From positions 32,550,001 through 32,614,000 of the forward strand of contig OZ004608.1 in the NCBI GenBank assembly GCA_963924565.1: 64,000 nucleotides of DNA, in the 5' to 3' direction. Position 1 is the stretch's first letter. Each line of letters begins with the position of its first letter. The notes under the pieces are model-generated. The model was given only the letters and a program-made list of their open reading frames with translations. It made no database searches and was not told the DNA's origin. Made by a program: the position numbers and the translations under genes. Positions 47,401-57,389 of this stretch are shown in pieces. Source of the DNA: Ascidiella aspersa. Lineage: Eukaryota.

Positions 47401-50400
47401 ACTATACTGTTTAAATCAGGGCTGGCAAATCTTAGGGTCGTGCACAAGTGTTTTAGGGGTGACGAGTTGGCCTACGTTAACTGCACTTTAGCAAATCGGT
47501 GCAGAAAAGCAGACAACTAAAAGCATTTTGTTTATCGCTGTAAAACGTATTGGGTGGTGATTCTTTAAGGGAAACTACGATAAAAGTTCTAAAAACCCTG
47601 GTTAAACCAATAAACTGTGCTGAAAAGCTTTCTGCTGAACTCCTGTAATCCCATAAAAATGCTACAGCATTTGTTACGTATTCAACTTCTTAATATTCGT
47701 GGGAATCCGAATTTGGAAATCATCCAAAAACCTTAGATTACCATCCCAGACAATAACACTTAAAACGACGCAGCAGAGTTTCGCATAAAATTAGCAATAA
47801 TTAAATGTATGACCCACTTGTGCATTTTGTAAGGATTAAAGTCGTGTTTGTGACCCGCGCGATAAAAAGGCTCGCCATCCCTGCTCTAGGTCGAGAACTA
47901 ATGGTAGGCCACCAACAGTTTTCTTACCCCCTTCTCTGCTGTGTCCATTTTTTTGTTAAATAGCTAAATATTTATATTTCTTTCGTTTCACGACCATTAG
48001 GTTAATAAAGTTCGACACAAAATTTCATATCCGACCCGCGTTCGGCAATCCCAACAGTTATCCGGTATCTTTCTAAAAAGTTGGTGACCGCTGTATTAAA
48101 CCGAGTGTGTTTATTTTAGTTTAATCCCCCCCAAAAATATATAGGAGCAAAATCGCCCCCCCCCCCCAAAAAAAAAAAAACAGAATATATATGTTAAAAC
48201 CTCCCCCCCCCCCTCAACATGTATAAGCCCCCAAAATATATAAGAAAGCAAAAATCCCCCCCTCCAAAAAAAAATAAATATATATAAATTTATATATATA
48301 GGAGCGCCCCTCCCGAAGTTCCACAGAAGAAGCAGTCCCGCGGCAGCAGCGCAGTGGGTCGATCCATCTCGATGGCCATCCCGGGCGATCGGGCCAGCAA
48401 GGTCAACCGCTCCAGCAAGACGTCGGAGTGGTTCGTCAGCTACCCCTCGGGCGGTTCCACAAACTCCCTCGACAAGAGCGGCCTATCTGTGACGTCATCA
48501 GGGAGCAGCGCCGTGGAATTGAGGGAAGAGGTCAGTTGGTCTTTGTTATTATATATAATTATATATATTTTTTTATCGATTTTTTTGGGGTACTTTTAAA
48601 AAGTTTTTGCGTGGTCAAGGTTTTTTTTAACTTTTTATAAAGTGGACTCCTAATTTTTTGTTTTTGCTTCGAGGGGACCAGGGTCGGATGTTTTTCAGAT
48701 ATGACGTTAGAAATTAGGTAGTGGTGAGAAACCTGCCGTTTTCCGTCGAACACGTGCGGTTTTTTTTTTTTTTTTTTTTTGTAATTTTGTAAGACTATTG
48801 GAGGAGAAGTCATTAGGCATCACCCGATCAAAACTTGAGATTTAGCGAAAAATAATTCAGCAGTTAAAGGGTCGAGTCTAAACACATTAATGCAGAAAGG
48901 AAAGCTTTTTTTTAATTCTCTGCTAACTTAAACTTATTTAAATCGCCTTTTAAGATAATTGCAAAGGTGGCAGGAGATTAGTCGGTGTAGGTTTTTCTGA
49001 AAGGAGCTAAACTAATTTGGAAAATTATTTCAACGTATAATGGAAATGGAAAAACACAACAAGACCTGTGAAGCAACAAAGCAACAATATCTGAAGCCGA
49101 ATTATTTATATTTTTGTAAAGTAGGACCAACGACATAATAATATCCAAACACATCGAAACAAGACCTAAACCTCTTTTTGCCGTTTAGATCTTCTATCGG
49201 CCATTTAGATCTTTTTGTTATTCAGACGGGTTTGGGGCTTACTCTGGCCAATTTAGACCTTATTCCGCCCACAATATTAGGTATAGTCGTTTTTGGTCTT
49301 GCGTTTAATCCAGACGATGTTGTTATTTTAACTTTCGGTTGTTTAGAACCTTACTAGGTATTTTTGGTCTTCGAACTGTGATTTTTTATTCTTACCATGA
49401 AGTTATTCTAATTTCGGCCTCGAGTCCTACGTTTAAGCCTCGAAAGGGGAACTACCGAAAAGTAAAAACTTTCCACTGGCAAATCCCGAGCCGCAATTCG
49501 CCTTACCACAACGTAAAAACAAAAAAAACAGCTATAAATTATCCAGCAGCATGTTTGCAAGTCATTCCCAATATTGGTTAGCCGGCGATCGCACACTGCT
49601 AATCACCACATTGTCAATATTTGTCTCTCGTGTGGAGGCTAAGCCCCTTTTTTCTTTTCTCCTATTGGTCAAACGTATAGTCCTGAAGCAGACTTTAAGT
49701 TTTGCCAATAAAACTTTAATTATAAAATCAACTTGGCCGATTAACAAATTCGGCGTAACCCATTTTCTATAAGTGATGATTTTTTTAGTTTGCCAATCAA
49801 ATTTGTTAAAAGCATTTCTATTTGCTGTTGGCAAATTGTTTTTCTGGTAGAAAATGTGTTAAAAAAAAGTTTGAAAAGCACCTTTAATACCAAAAAAGGT
49901 TTTAATACTAAAAAAGGTTTCGAAATACAAGAAATAAAATGTCACACAAGTGGCTGAAAAGCACAGTTTAGTAAAGCGGTAGTACAAACTGGCATGTTAT
50001 ATGAAACAAAAATTTAAATATTTTGCAAAATACACCCATTTTGTCATATGAAACCGCCACGACAAACTGAAAAAAAGTGTTAAAAAATTGTCCTGTTTAT
50101 TTTAAAGCTATCAAAAGCCTAAATCTAAAAGCATCGTTAAAAAAGAAGCTGTTAACTTTTTGCACCAGGTATGAAACTTCCCATTGAAGCTTACAAATGT
50201 AAAAACAATCTAAAAATTTAAATTTTTTACACTTGTAAAATAATACAATACAAATGTTAAAAATTATGGAAGTGTAAAAATTAAGTTGCAAGATATAAAT
50301 GTAAAAAATATGACACAAATGTTAAAAAATATGAAAGTGTAAAAAATATGTTACCAATGTTAAAACATATACAACAAATGTAAAGTATGAAAAAAACTAA

Positions 50401-53400
50401 AAAAAAACATATTGCAAATGTAGAAAAATTAATTTAAAAACATGTTTAAACGGGAATAATCGGCTTTTTAAACAAAAAGCAGCCTTACAAATTTACCAAA
50501 TAAAACCAACCAACCAATCTCCAACGTTTTATTTTCGCACAGCTGACGCCGCAACGACCCCGTCGTCCAAAAAGTCAAGTAGGAGTTCCGAACCCGTCGA
50601 GCAAGCACCCGGCAACACGTGAGTTGTTACAAGGCACTTTGCCACTCTGTATGTAGCGGTTTGCTCAGCCGGGTGAACGGCCTTCCGAGATACGCCCTTA
50701 TTGTTTGCCTTTTGTTAGCCGGCGAAGTTTGTCAACGATTTGTTTAGTGTGTGTTGCTGTAATTGTCCCCGTTCTACAGGTTTTCCACAACCGTTTTTTT
50801 TTAACTTTATAAAGCTTTAAATTAATTTGTACAATTCTATAAGAAATATGTTTCTCCAAAAGCACATGCATTTATTTTATAGGCTGTTTAAATAACACTG
50901 TTTAAAGTGTTTACGAAGTATTGAAAACATAATGAGGTATTTAAATTTACTATAATTTTGAAAAATCCCAATTACATTTTTTTTTACTTTTTTTTTTTTT
51001 TTTTACTTCATAATAAATGTATGGTAACGCTGTTCTAAACCAGTAAATCATTAAGCATTATTGAGGATAATTTTCTTTACTTATAATTATGCCTAAACGC
51101 AAACTAGTTGATAAACACTGCTGTCTATATCGCAAACTTTAATTCGACTTACCAATATACTGCATCGCTGGAATAAAGTGGTCAAATCGTTGCGAATTGT
51201 TGATAGGTTTTTGAAGACTACTTGATTTTTATGGTTACCACATAACGTGGCAGGTTTTATTTTCAAAGAATTCAAAACCATTGACAGTATTTTTTCTGTC
51301 TGTCCATCTGCAACTAAACTATTCGACGTTGTAACCGATTTTTTGCCCCACAGCCCCCCATATGCGAGGTGGACCCCCCGCACTGCCCAAGAAGTTTAAC
51401 AGCGATTACGGGAATCTCCCTGGGGACGACAACCACACCCCGCGGAAGCTCAGCTCACCTGGGCTCTCACCCATACCCCCCGGAAAAAAGGTGGGTTTGC
51501 TATTAGGGGTTCTGTGCTTCGGACCTTCGGTAGCTAAATGGCTCTCAAAGCGGGGCATGAAGAAAAGTCAAAACAGACTTATTTCAGACTTAAAAAAGGT
51601 CGCTTGAAAGTTTTTTAAGGTTTTGTACGAGATTTATTATTATCAGGATAAAAAATGCGCAAAAATATTTTGTATGGGACTACATATGTTTCTCTGGGCC
51701 TTCAAATGTTTTTGTCAATCTTACAAGATTTCTTTCGACCTTACGAGTATTTCTCTTACAAAAAGATTAAGCATTTCTTTTCGAGTCCAATAATAATCGC
51801 AATCTGTCGTTTTTTACTTCATTTAAAATGTAAAAATAACAGCAAATCCATTTCCAAATCTTAAATTAGAGCAGCGTTAACTTATTTTTTCCATTCGCTT
51901 TTCCACTCGCCCTAATTTCAAAAGGATTTCTTTGCAACTAGTCGTTCGTTTTTTTTTTGACTTGACGTCATAGTTTTACATGGTGACGTCACTGCCGGCG
52001 TACGTGACGTGTGACATATGCCGATCGACGAAAAAGAGGCGAAAACCTTTTTATGACCGATCGATATTGTCATTTGCGCTCGTCGGTAATACAATAAAGC
52101 TATTCGCGCGACACATAAGGTTGACTTTTCCGCTCAAATCATAATCTGTTCGTGGTTAATTTTTAACGCGCCCCTTCCGGTACAACCCTGGGTACCTTTT
52201 TTGCAGCATCGCAGTGCAACGGCCCCTAGGTTAGCGACCCCATATCATTGCACACCATATTTGCTTTCTCATATGCTCCTGGTCGTAAGATCAACAAGGG
52301 TGTAAAGGTCTTTATTCGGTTATTAAATCTTCTGCCATTATTTAGGCTATAGTTCAATTTGCTGCGATTATTTCGGCGAAAGTTCAAATTTGCTGCGATT
52401 ATTTCGGCGAAAGTTCAAATTTGCTGGACTGTTTAGGCTATAGTTCAAATTTGATGAGATTATTTCGGCGAAAGTTCAAATTTGTGTTACTCCATACGCC
52501 CTTTGGACGGATTATGTCATGCGGGTTTTTTTAACTGCGACCCTTGTAGGTTAGCTGATGGTCTACAAATTTGTTAGCGTGGTTGGACTCCGGTTAAGTG
52601 GAACTATACAAGTTCTTGATATTTTTAACCTGTGTAAGTAGTAATTGGCTGACTAGTTTTTAAGTTGTAATAAATTTAAAAAAAACACCATCAGCCTAGA
52701 CCTAGACTTTTGATTTTTTAGCCAACCAAAAATTGAACAATCTTTATGAAAAATGGCATAAGAAAAATAGCTTAAAAAGTTGTGAAGGCGTCACTCATTT
52801 TGTCTGTTAAATAAAATAACAAATCTCGATTTTATTACACAATTATCGAGTCCGGCATACACATTACACATGTTATAGATTGACTATTGAATTTGTGCTT
52901 TTGTTATATTTCGGTGAAATGTAACTACACAGAATCTGTAATTCCGTTCGTTTCTTAATTTGTTTAGTTTGTGTAAACCGTGTTTGGCTGACCCACGGGC
53001 TGGTTGTCATGAAATTTGTAAAACAAAATGCAAAATCTCTGCCCAAGTCGTAGGGTCACATTCCCTTTTAAAGGCAACCATAAACCCCTGTGTTTTTAGA
53101 GTATCATTGCCTCAAAAGGTAAGTCCACATTAAACACATTAGTTAATTATGCGTTTCATAATACATTTTTTTTCTTTAAAAACATACCGGACGTAAATAA
53201 ACACATTTCTTCACGCAGATCCCAATGGCCTTCCTTTAAGCCAGTGGTTTTTAATCGGGGTGCCGCGAAACCCTGAGGTGCCATTTGTAATGTCCAAGGG
53301 TGCCGATAGATATTTGAGAACCTTTAAGAATCGGATTTTTACTTAACTCTTACAACTTTTTGTGTAAGATTAGAGTGGAATAAATCCAATTAAAACTTCC

Positions 53401-53661
53401 TACGTTGTGTAGAGTTAATGTGTGTTGTTCCAGTTTCTTTTATTGTGACATTCTAGTGATTTACCTACGGAAAAATCTTGTAAGGGTGCTGCAATTTATT
53501 TATTATTTCTGAAGAGTGCCTCTGGCCATTTAAGCTAACCATTGACGTTTTTTCCACAGCCCCCTCCCGCCTTACCCGTGAAGCGCCAAGAAACAACCTC
53601 GACCCCAACACGACCCATGTCGCCCCCCAAAAAGCCCCTCCGACCCGCCAAGTCGCCGTAG
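8464..53661 (+). CDS. DOCK1: DOCK-A subfamily Rac GEF (DOCK180/DOCK1/2/5 co-ortholog), 49 exons, 1861 aa: SH3, DHR-1/C2, ARM, DHR-2, proline-rich tail
   Basis: Exons read manually: 8464-8512, 8804-8887, 8955-8998, 9070-9125, 9537-9633, 10240-10482, 11527-11639, 12061-12159, 12781-12862, 13627-13690, 14024-14174, 14765-14856, 15718-15881, 16399-16485, 16973-17071, 18159-18335, 20134-20353, 21533-21630, 21979-22068, 22359-22459, 24041-24175, 24812-24917, 25988-26058, 29218-29324, 30156-30283, 30848-30943, 33282-33380, 34230-34324, 34618-34696, 35428-35528, 36052-36110, 36635-36783, 37452-37537, 38226-38382, 39174-39305, 41132-41335, 41817-41921, 42056-42197, 42998-43079, 43459-43543, 43832-43918, 44535-44711, 45015-45098, 46115-46246, 46769-46902, 48302-48530, 50543-50618, 51354-51490, 53560-53661. 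Sum 5586 nt, in phase. Motifs: [100 protein letters not shown], and PPALPKK-type tail motifs. The last five exons are low-complexity and less certain. Confidence 0.93.
9634..10239 (+). other. GC-AG intron (DOCK intron 5)
   Basis: CTG|gcaagt donor gives phase 0, matching the exon at 10240. The nearby GT at 9663 is phase 2 and would break the frame. Confidence 0.8.
10489..10796. mobile_element. Non-autonomous hAT MITE with 8-bp TSD TGGTATGT
   Basis: TIRs cagtggttctcaacc / ggctgagaggcactg. TSD at 10481-10488 and 10797-10804. Related copy at ~53242. Confidence 0.85.
11623..11760 (+). repeat. Perfect 45-bp tandem repeat x3 spanning the DOCK exon 7 donor
   Basis: aaatcacatgttgataggtttgtggtgccttctgacttaaagcac at 11623, 11668 and 11713. 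Confidence 0.95.
13117..13281. repeat. ~165-bp segment duplicated at ~14997-15160
   Basis: Near-identical ttagattt.ctggaattggttctaagct...cttcaagagttg at both sites. Confidence 0.9.
14280..14723. mobile_element. Dispersed gacttga/aagtca-rich repeat family (also ~34740-35042 and ~56890-57028)
   Basis: Clusters of gacttgact/aagtcaagtc and gacttaagtgc, with a common end (c/g)cactg. Boundaries approximate. Confidence 0.55.
15215..15482. mobile_element. hAT MITE with TSD CTTTAAAG
   Basis: Perfect TIR cagtggttcccaaact / agtttgggaaccactg and perfect 8-bp TSD. Confidence 0.9.
18383..18725. mobile_element. MITE with CAGGGCTGCGGA-type TIRs and subterminal gagtc/gactc repeats
   Basis: cagggctgcggaatc ... 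gactccgaagccctt, with imperfect TSD ctcaaaac/atcaaaat. Confidence 0.6.
25435..25756. repeat. Long inverted repeat (~137-bp arms, ~48-bp T-rich/A-rich spacer)
   Basis: tgtagcgtttctgtttgtcatatgccggctgcgaattc...tgtaacgatt is mirrored by aatcgttaca...gaattcgcagccggcatatgacaaacagaaacgctaca. Confidence 0.92.
26850..27170 (+). promoter_or_regulatory. Candidate internal promoter in DOCK intron 23
   Basis: Non-repetitive CpG-rich block with an inverted CCAAT (ctgattggtc, ~27032) and a TATA-like gatataagta (~27100), about 1.3 kb upstream of the candidate exon's acceptor. Confidence 0.4.
28529..28746 (+). CDS. Candidate alternative first coding exon of a short DOCK isoform (72-aa basic N-terminus [10 protein letters not shown]...KIEHNQ), splicing to 29218
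   Basis: aaaATGg context. In-frame TGA at 28487. Acceptor ttccctgtag ends at 28392. GC-rich codon-like sequence ends at AG|gtttgc (28746), phase 2, the phase required by exon 24. Confidence 0.6.
29325..30155 (+). other. GC-AG intron (DOCK intron 24)
   Basis: AAG|gcaagt donor, phase 1, joins G+AA (Glu) to give ECRIILL. Confidence 0.8.
31632..31971. mobile_element. hAT MITE with TSD GACTAGAC
   Basis: TIR cagtggttctcaa / ttgagaaccgctg, perfect TSD, internal ggccca repeats. Confidence 0.88.
31980..32309. mobile_element. Second, older hAT-like MITE abutting the previous element
   Basis: Ends in ...ttcgcccaggcctg followed by aactagac, a near-copy of the gactagac that precedes it. Confidence 0.55.
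39408..39744. mobile_element. Degenerate hAT MITE, same family as 59471-59796
   Basis: Shared blocks gacgtcat, ttcatggac(t/c)ccctaaa and aagggg..ca.gga; cagggtt / aaccccg ends. Confidence 0.6.
40756..40796 (-). ncRNA. Second copy of the hammerhead-like motif on the opposite strand
   Basis: Reverse complement reads tttgacCTGATGAagcacggctgtgcGAAAgcttgtcgaga. Confidence 0.65.
40815..40855 (+). ncRNA. Minimal type-I hammerhead ribozyme-like motif (Penelope-associated type)
   Basis: tttgac-CTGATGA-a-gcac-ggtt-gtgc-GAAA-gc-TT-gtcgag: conserved core, 4-bp stem II, palindromic AAGCTT stem III, stem I tttgac/gtcgag. Confidence 0.65.
42198..42997 (+). other. U12-type (minor spliceosome) GT-AG intron, DOCK intron 38
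   Basis: 5' site GTATCCTTC. Branch site TTCCTTAAC at 42973-42981, about 16 nt before the AG. Frame continues (SPGM-F-VQMYKV). Confidence 0.9.
44262..44540 (+). repeat. 48-bp tandem repeat (~6 copies) ending at the DOCK exon 42 acceptor
   Basis: ccaca(g/t) at 44291, 44337, 44385, 44433, 44481 and 44529. Confidence 0.95.
45720..46127 (+). repeat. ~140-bp tandem repeat x3 ending at the DOCK exon 44 acceptor
   Basis: taaaaacacc.gtttct.taatgtat...ttagat(t/c)ccact.cttg occurs three times. Confidence 0.9.
47271..47883. mobile_element. hAT MITE (CAGGGATGGC TIR) with a probable nested element at 47417-47600
   Basis: cagggatggc...gccatccctg ends with TA-centred imperfect TSD gtctagaa/ctctaggt. Internal cagggctgg...aaccctg. 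Confidence 0.65.
52338..52483. repeat. ~31-bp minisatellite, ~5 copies
   Basis: gattatttcggcgaaagttcaaatttgctgc and variants. Confidence 0.85.
53242..53530. mobile_element. Truncated copy of the 10489-10796 MITE family
   Basis: Colinear similarity (ggggtgcc, gagaacctttaagaatc, ttaactctta, gtggaataaatc, ttgttccagtt, tacctacggaaaaa). Confidence 0.8.
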
Positions 53662-55419
53662 CAAAGTAACCCCCCTAGTCTGAAAGCCATTATCTCCACC
53701 ATCCGTGCAGTATGAGACTTTTCTAGTCGTTTTCGTATCTTAAGGTACTACCGTCGTTTTTTTCGCGCGTATGCTATATACGAGAGAATAATTTTGCTGG
53801 GTTTTATTCAATCACTGCTTGTGGCGAAAATTTACGCCGGCTGTCAGCGATTTCCCCGAAGGAGCTGCTTGAAGTGCATTACGAGGGTCTTTTTGTCGCA
53901 TTTTTTGTTTTTTGCTGCCACGCGCATTTTAAAAAGAAAAAAAAAACACATTTCAAACTTTGATATCGGCACCATTCTTGAATTGACAACGCTTCGAACT
54001 TGAGTGAGCGTAGACTGTTAGCTATGAGTTTGACGGTCAACAAATCTCAAGCTGAATGTTAATAGACAATGAGTTTCCGCACGGTAATCTCTATCTATAT
54101 AGTTGTCGTTTTTGCAGCATAAAAAATCAAACACGCATGTTTGGTTCGCGGTTTATCAGGTTTTGGCAAATATAAAATCAAATCTGTTATCTTCAACTTT
54201 AGATTTCAACACAGATTACCAAAAGATTGGCCAGCACTCGTTATATGTAGTCACGTTACTGAAACACTTGATCATTTTCCTACGTAATTACCTAGGTCAT
54301 ATACTCGCCGCAGTGTTCGAAATGCTTCTGTGCAATGAAAGTAGAAACCGAGCATTTCGATCCCTGTAGTGTTTGCGGGCCTAATTCATGACTTGGCAAA
54401 AGTGCATTGTAACTATAACCCCTGGCACACTTTTCCAATGTCGGCTCCCTTTTGTTTGACCTGTCTGCTTAATGTTCCTGTAGTTTGATCGGGGACAAAG
54501 GCCTCTTTATTTCGTTCCCGATTAAAACACCGGTAACGCGGTAAGCCATTTCTCTTAAAGTTGTTACTTGGTAAATATTGGCGCAATTAGTAACTTCTTT
54601 ACGTAATGCAAGATAAACCAGCAAATGTTGATCTCTATTTTTATTAAACTCGGCAAAGCCCCCAGATCCAAGAATATTTTATTGTTGGTAAAGTTAAGTT
54701 TTTTAAACAACGCAATCCGCAATTCGTGGCAGACTTAAACATTGCTTAATATTTCCCCCAAAAAAACACGATTATGTCTACAATGTGCTTTGTTTTCCGC
54801 GGCATTCGCCCAACACAGTCTTAAGCAAAGCAATATTTCTGTAAAAACTTCCCCCAAAAGCCAATTTATCGCCGTAATGTCCGAGCAGATACCCCCGTCT
54901 TATGCCAGTCGTTTTATCCAGTTCTACAGTTGCTGTTCCATGCACTTAACCCGCCCCTCTATCTATTTAGCGTCGCTTTTTTTCTCGCGCCAGTGCTTTC
55001 GCCGCCTTATTAATTATAATTCTATCATAACCAAGATGAAATCGACTTATAACCGTGACCTTGTGTTTTTTGCTGCTCTGCCTTCTTTTTCGTTTCTGTT
55101 GCGTTCATGTTTTTTGCGTTTTCAAGACCTTTGACTTCTTTCAGACCCAACGTTAAACCACTTCGTGACGTCATGGTTTCATGAAAGTCGAGCAATTCTG
55201 GGGGAATGACGTAAACAAATAGATTCTTCAAAATTAAATCATAAATCGCGCTAAATGTTTGAGGTTTAGGAAGCTCAAAAAAATCATGTCAGTTTTTATG
55301 ACGTCATAAACGCGCCGTTGTTTTCTCTTGTCAACATGACGTCATCAAAATAAGCAATATTAGTCTTTCACCTCGTTTAAGGGTGCCTATGGTCCAAAGG
55401 ATCTTTCCATACCCATTTA

Positions 55420-55732
55420 CTGATCTACTCGGTATGTACTCACCTACTCCGTTTGTACTCAGCAACTCGGTATTTACTCTCCTACTCGGTTTATTCGGCT
55501 ACTCGGTGTTTACTTTTCTACTGGGTATAAAAACTTACTCGGTTTGTACTGGGCTACGCGATTTAAACTCGACTACTCGGTTTGTAGTTGGCTACGCGAT
55601 TTAAACTCGACTACTCGGTTTGTAGTTGGCTACGCGATTTAAACTCGACTACTCGGTGTTTATTCGCCTACTGGATGTAAACACCTACTCTGTTTATACG
55701 AGCTTACTGCAAGTTTTGTCGTCTACTCGGCT
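55420..55732. repeat. ctactcggt-based repeat array including a 38-bp unit x3
   Basis: ggctacgcgatttaaactcgactactcggtttgtagtt repeated, flanked by degenerate ctactcggt copies. Confidence 0.85.
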
Positions 55733-57389
55733 CAATTTCTGTATCAACAAGACTAATTTCCTGCGTTCTAAATTTAAATTTAAAATTTTTTTAAATTCTT
55801 TTCCGCCCCTAAAAACAGACTCATTTATTATTACACAGCGTGAGTTTGTATTTATCACACCGAGTAAGTCAGCATCACTCTAATATTCCAGATCCGACCA
55901 AATTTACATCCTATGTATTCGAACAGCGAGTCTGCGTCGGAATCTAGTTTTGTGACTTTTTTTGCGTAAAAGCTTTAACCGAAGTTCCATGTCAGGTGCC
56001 TTCTGTAAACAGTTTGTCAGACCGACTGCTTATGCGCATACCGCCCTAGCTAACTGCCCATATCGAAGAACGCTGACCAATTATATGCGCAAAAAAACGA
56101 CCGAGATATTCGCGAAAAAATGTAGCACTTTTTAGAAAATCATTCCTCATTAATTTTTTCCAAGCGGTAACCTCATTAAAACAGACCTCGCATAATTTTT
56201 GAAGACCAAAGATTTATGCTTATACGCTTTATTGTGACATTTTCCCCTTTTTTTAATTGTTGACGCCACAGGCCAAGGTAAGCGTAGTTGCCATAAATAA
56301 TAATTTGTCGCTGTATCAATCCCACCCCTCTGCTCATCGCAAATTGTCCAATGGTAATTGTTCAGTGTCTGTCTTTGCTTATTACCGCGTGTCATTTCAA
56401 GTTTGCCGCTTTGTAAAACATGGCATTCCTTACTAATTTAGCTGACAAAAATTCCCACGCGGAATAAAAAACTAATTCTTGAATTATTGACCAAAATTTG
56501 CAGTCGCGTTACTTTGAAATTCCAGTAAACGTTTTGTGGCGAAAATTCTTGGAAAAACCGCTCTTTTTGCGTGTGTCTATTGTTGCGTCACTGTCTTTTA
56601 TTGTCGTTGCGCCTTTTTATCGACCAAATGATACTTTATGTGGGGGTCGGAGCGTTTGTCGCAAGCCCTCCATTACTAATAAACTCCTTAACGAGAAAAA
56701 GTTGTGTTGTAGGCCTAAAGGTTTTAAACTTATTCTGTTTTCTGTCTGGCGTCGTTTAAATGCTTGGGCCAATTTTGAACGATGATTGGATGGTTGTTTA
56801 ATAGTTCTACGCAAATTAAGTCATGCCCTTTTTTTTCCTATGGAATTTTAGGGGGAAAACTAATGAAAACACTTCTTTCAAACCAGTTATATGACACAAT
56901 GACTTAAGTCAAAGTCGGGCCATTTGTGCGAAAGACTTAAGTCAAGTCATTTTACTCAAAAGATTTAAGTCAACTCAAGTCAAGTCATTTGAAAACAGTG
57001 ACTTAAGTGCACTGCTTGTGCAACACTGCTCGGTACACATAGCTTGAGATATATCGTTCTAAACTTACCATCAGCGAAATGCTTGCTTTGTTTTCATTTC
57101 CTTCAATCCTTTTGTTGAAAAATTAACTTCCAGCAGTGTAAGCCGCGCGACAGAAGTTTATCTCCATGAAAGACCCAGTTTTAAGCTGCAGCAGCGAATT
57201 CAAGCTAATCTGACGCAGCGTCTTTCCTGAAGCCTATCAACGTATCCTGCCTTTCCGCCGCCAGACAAGAAAAAAGAACAAATGCATTGTTGGTGTGTGG
57301 GGGTCGTCGTAGCAGTCGTATATAGTAAACAGGTTTTGAAGGCAGCCCAGTGGTTTATGTTGTTGAATTGCTGAACAATTGAAACAGTC

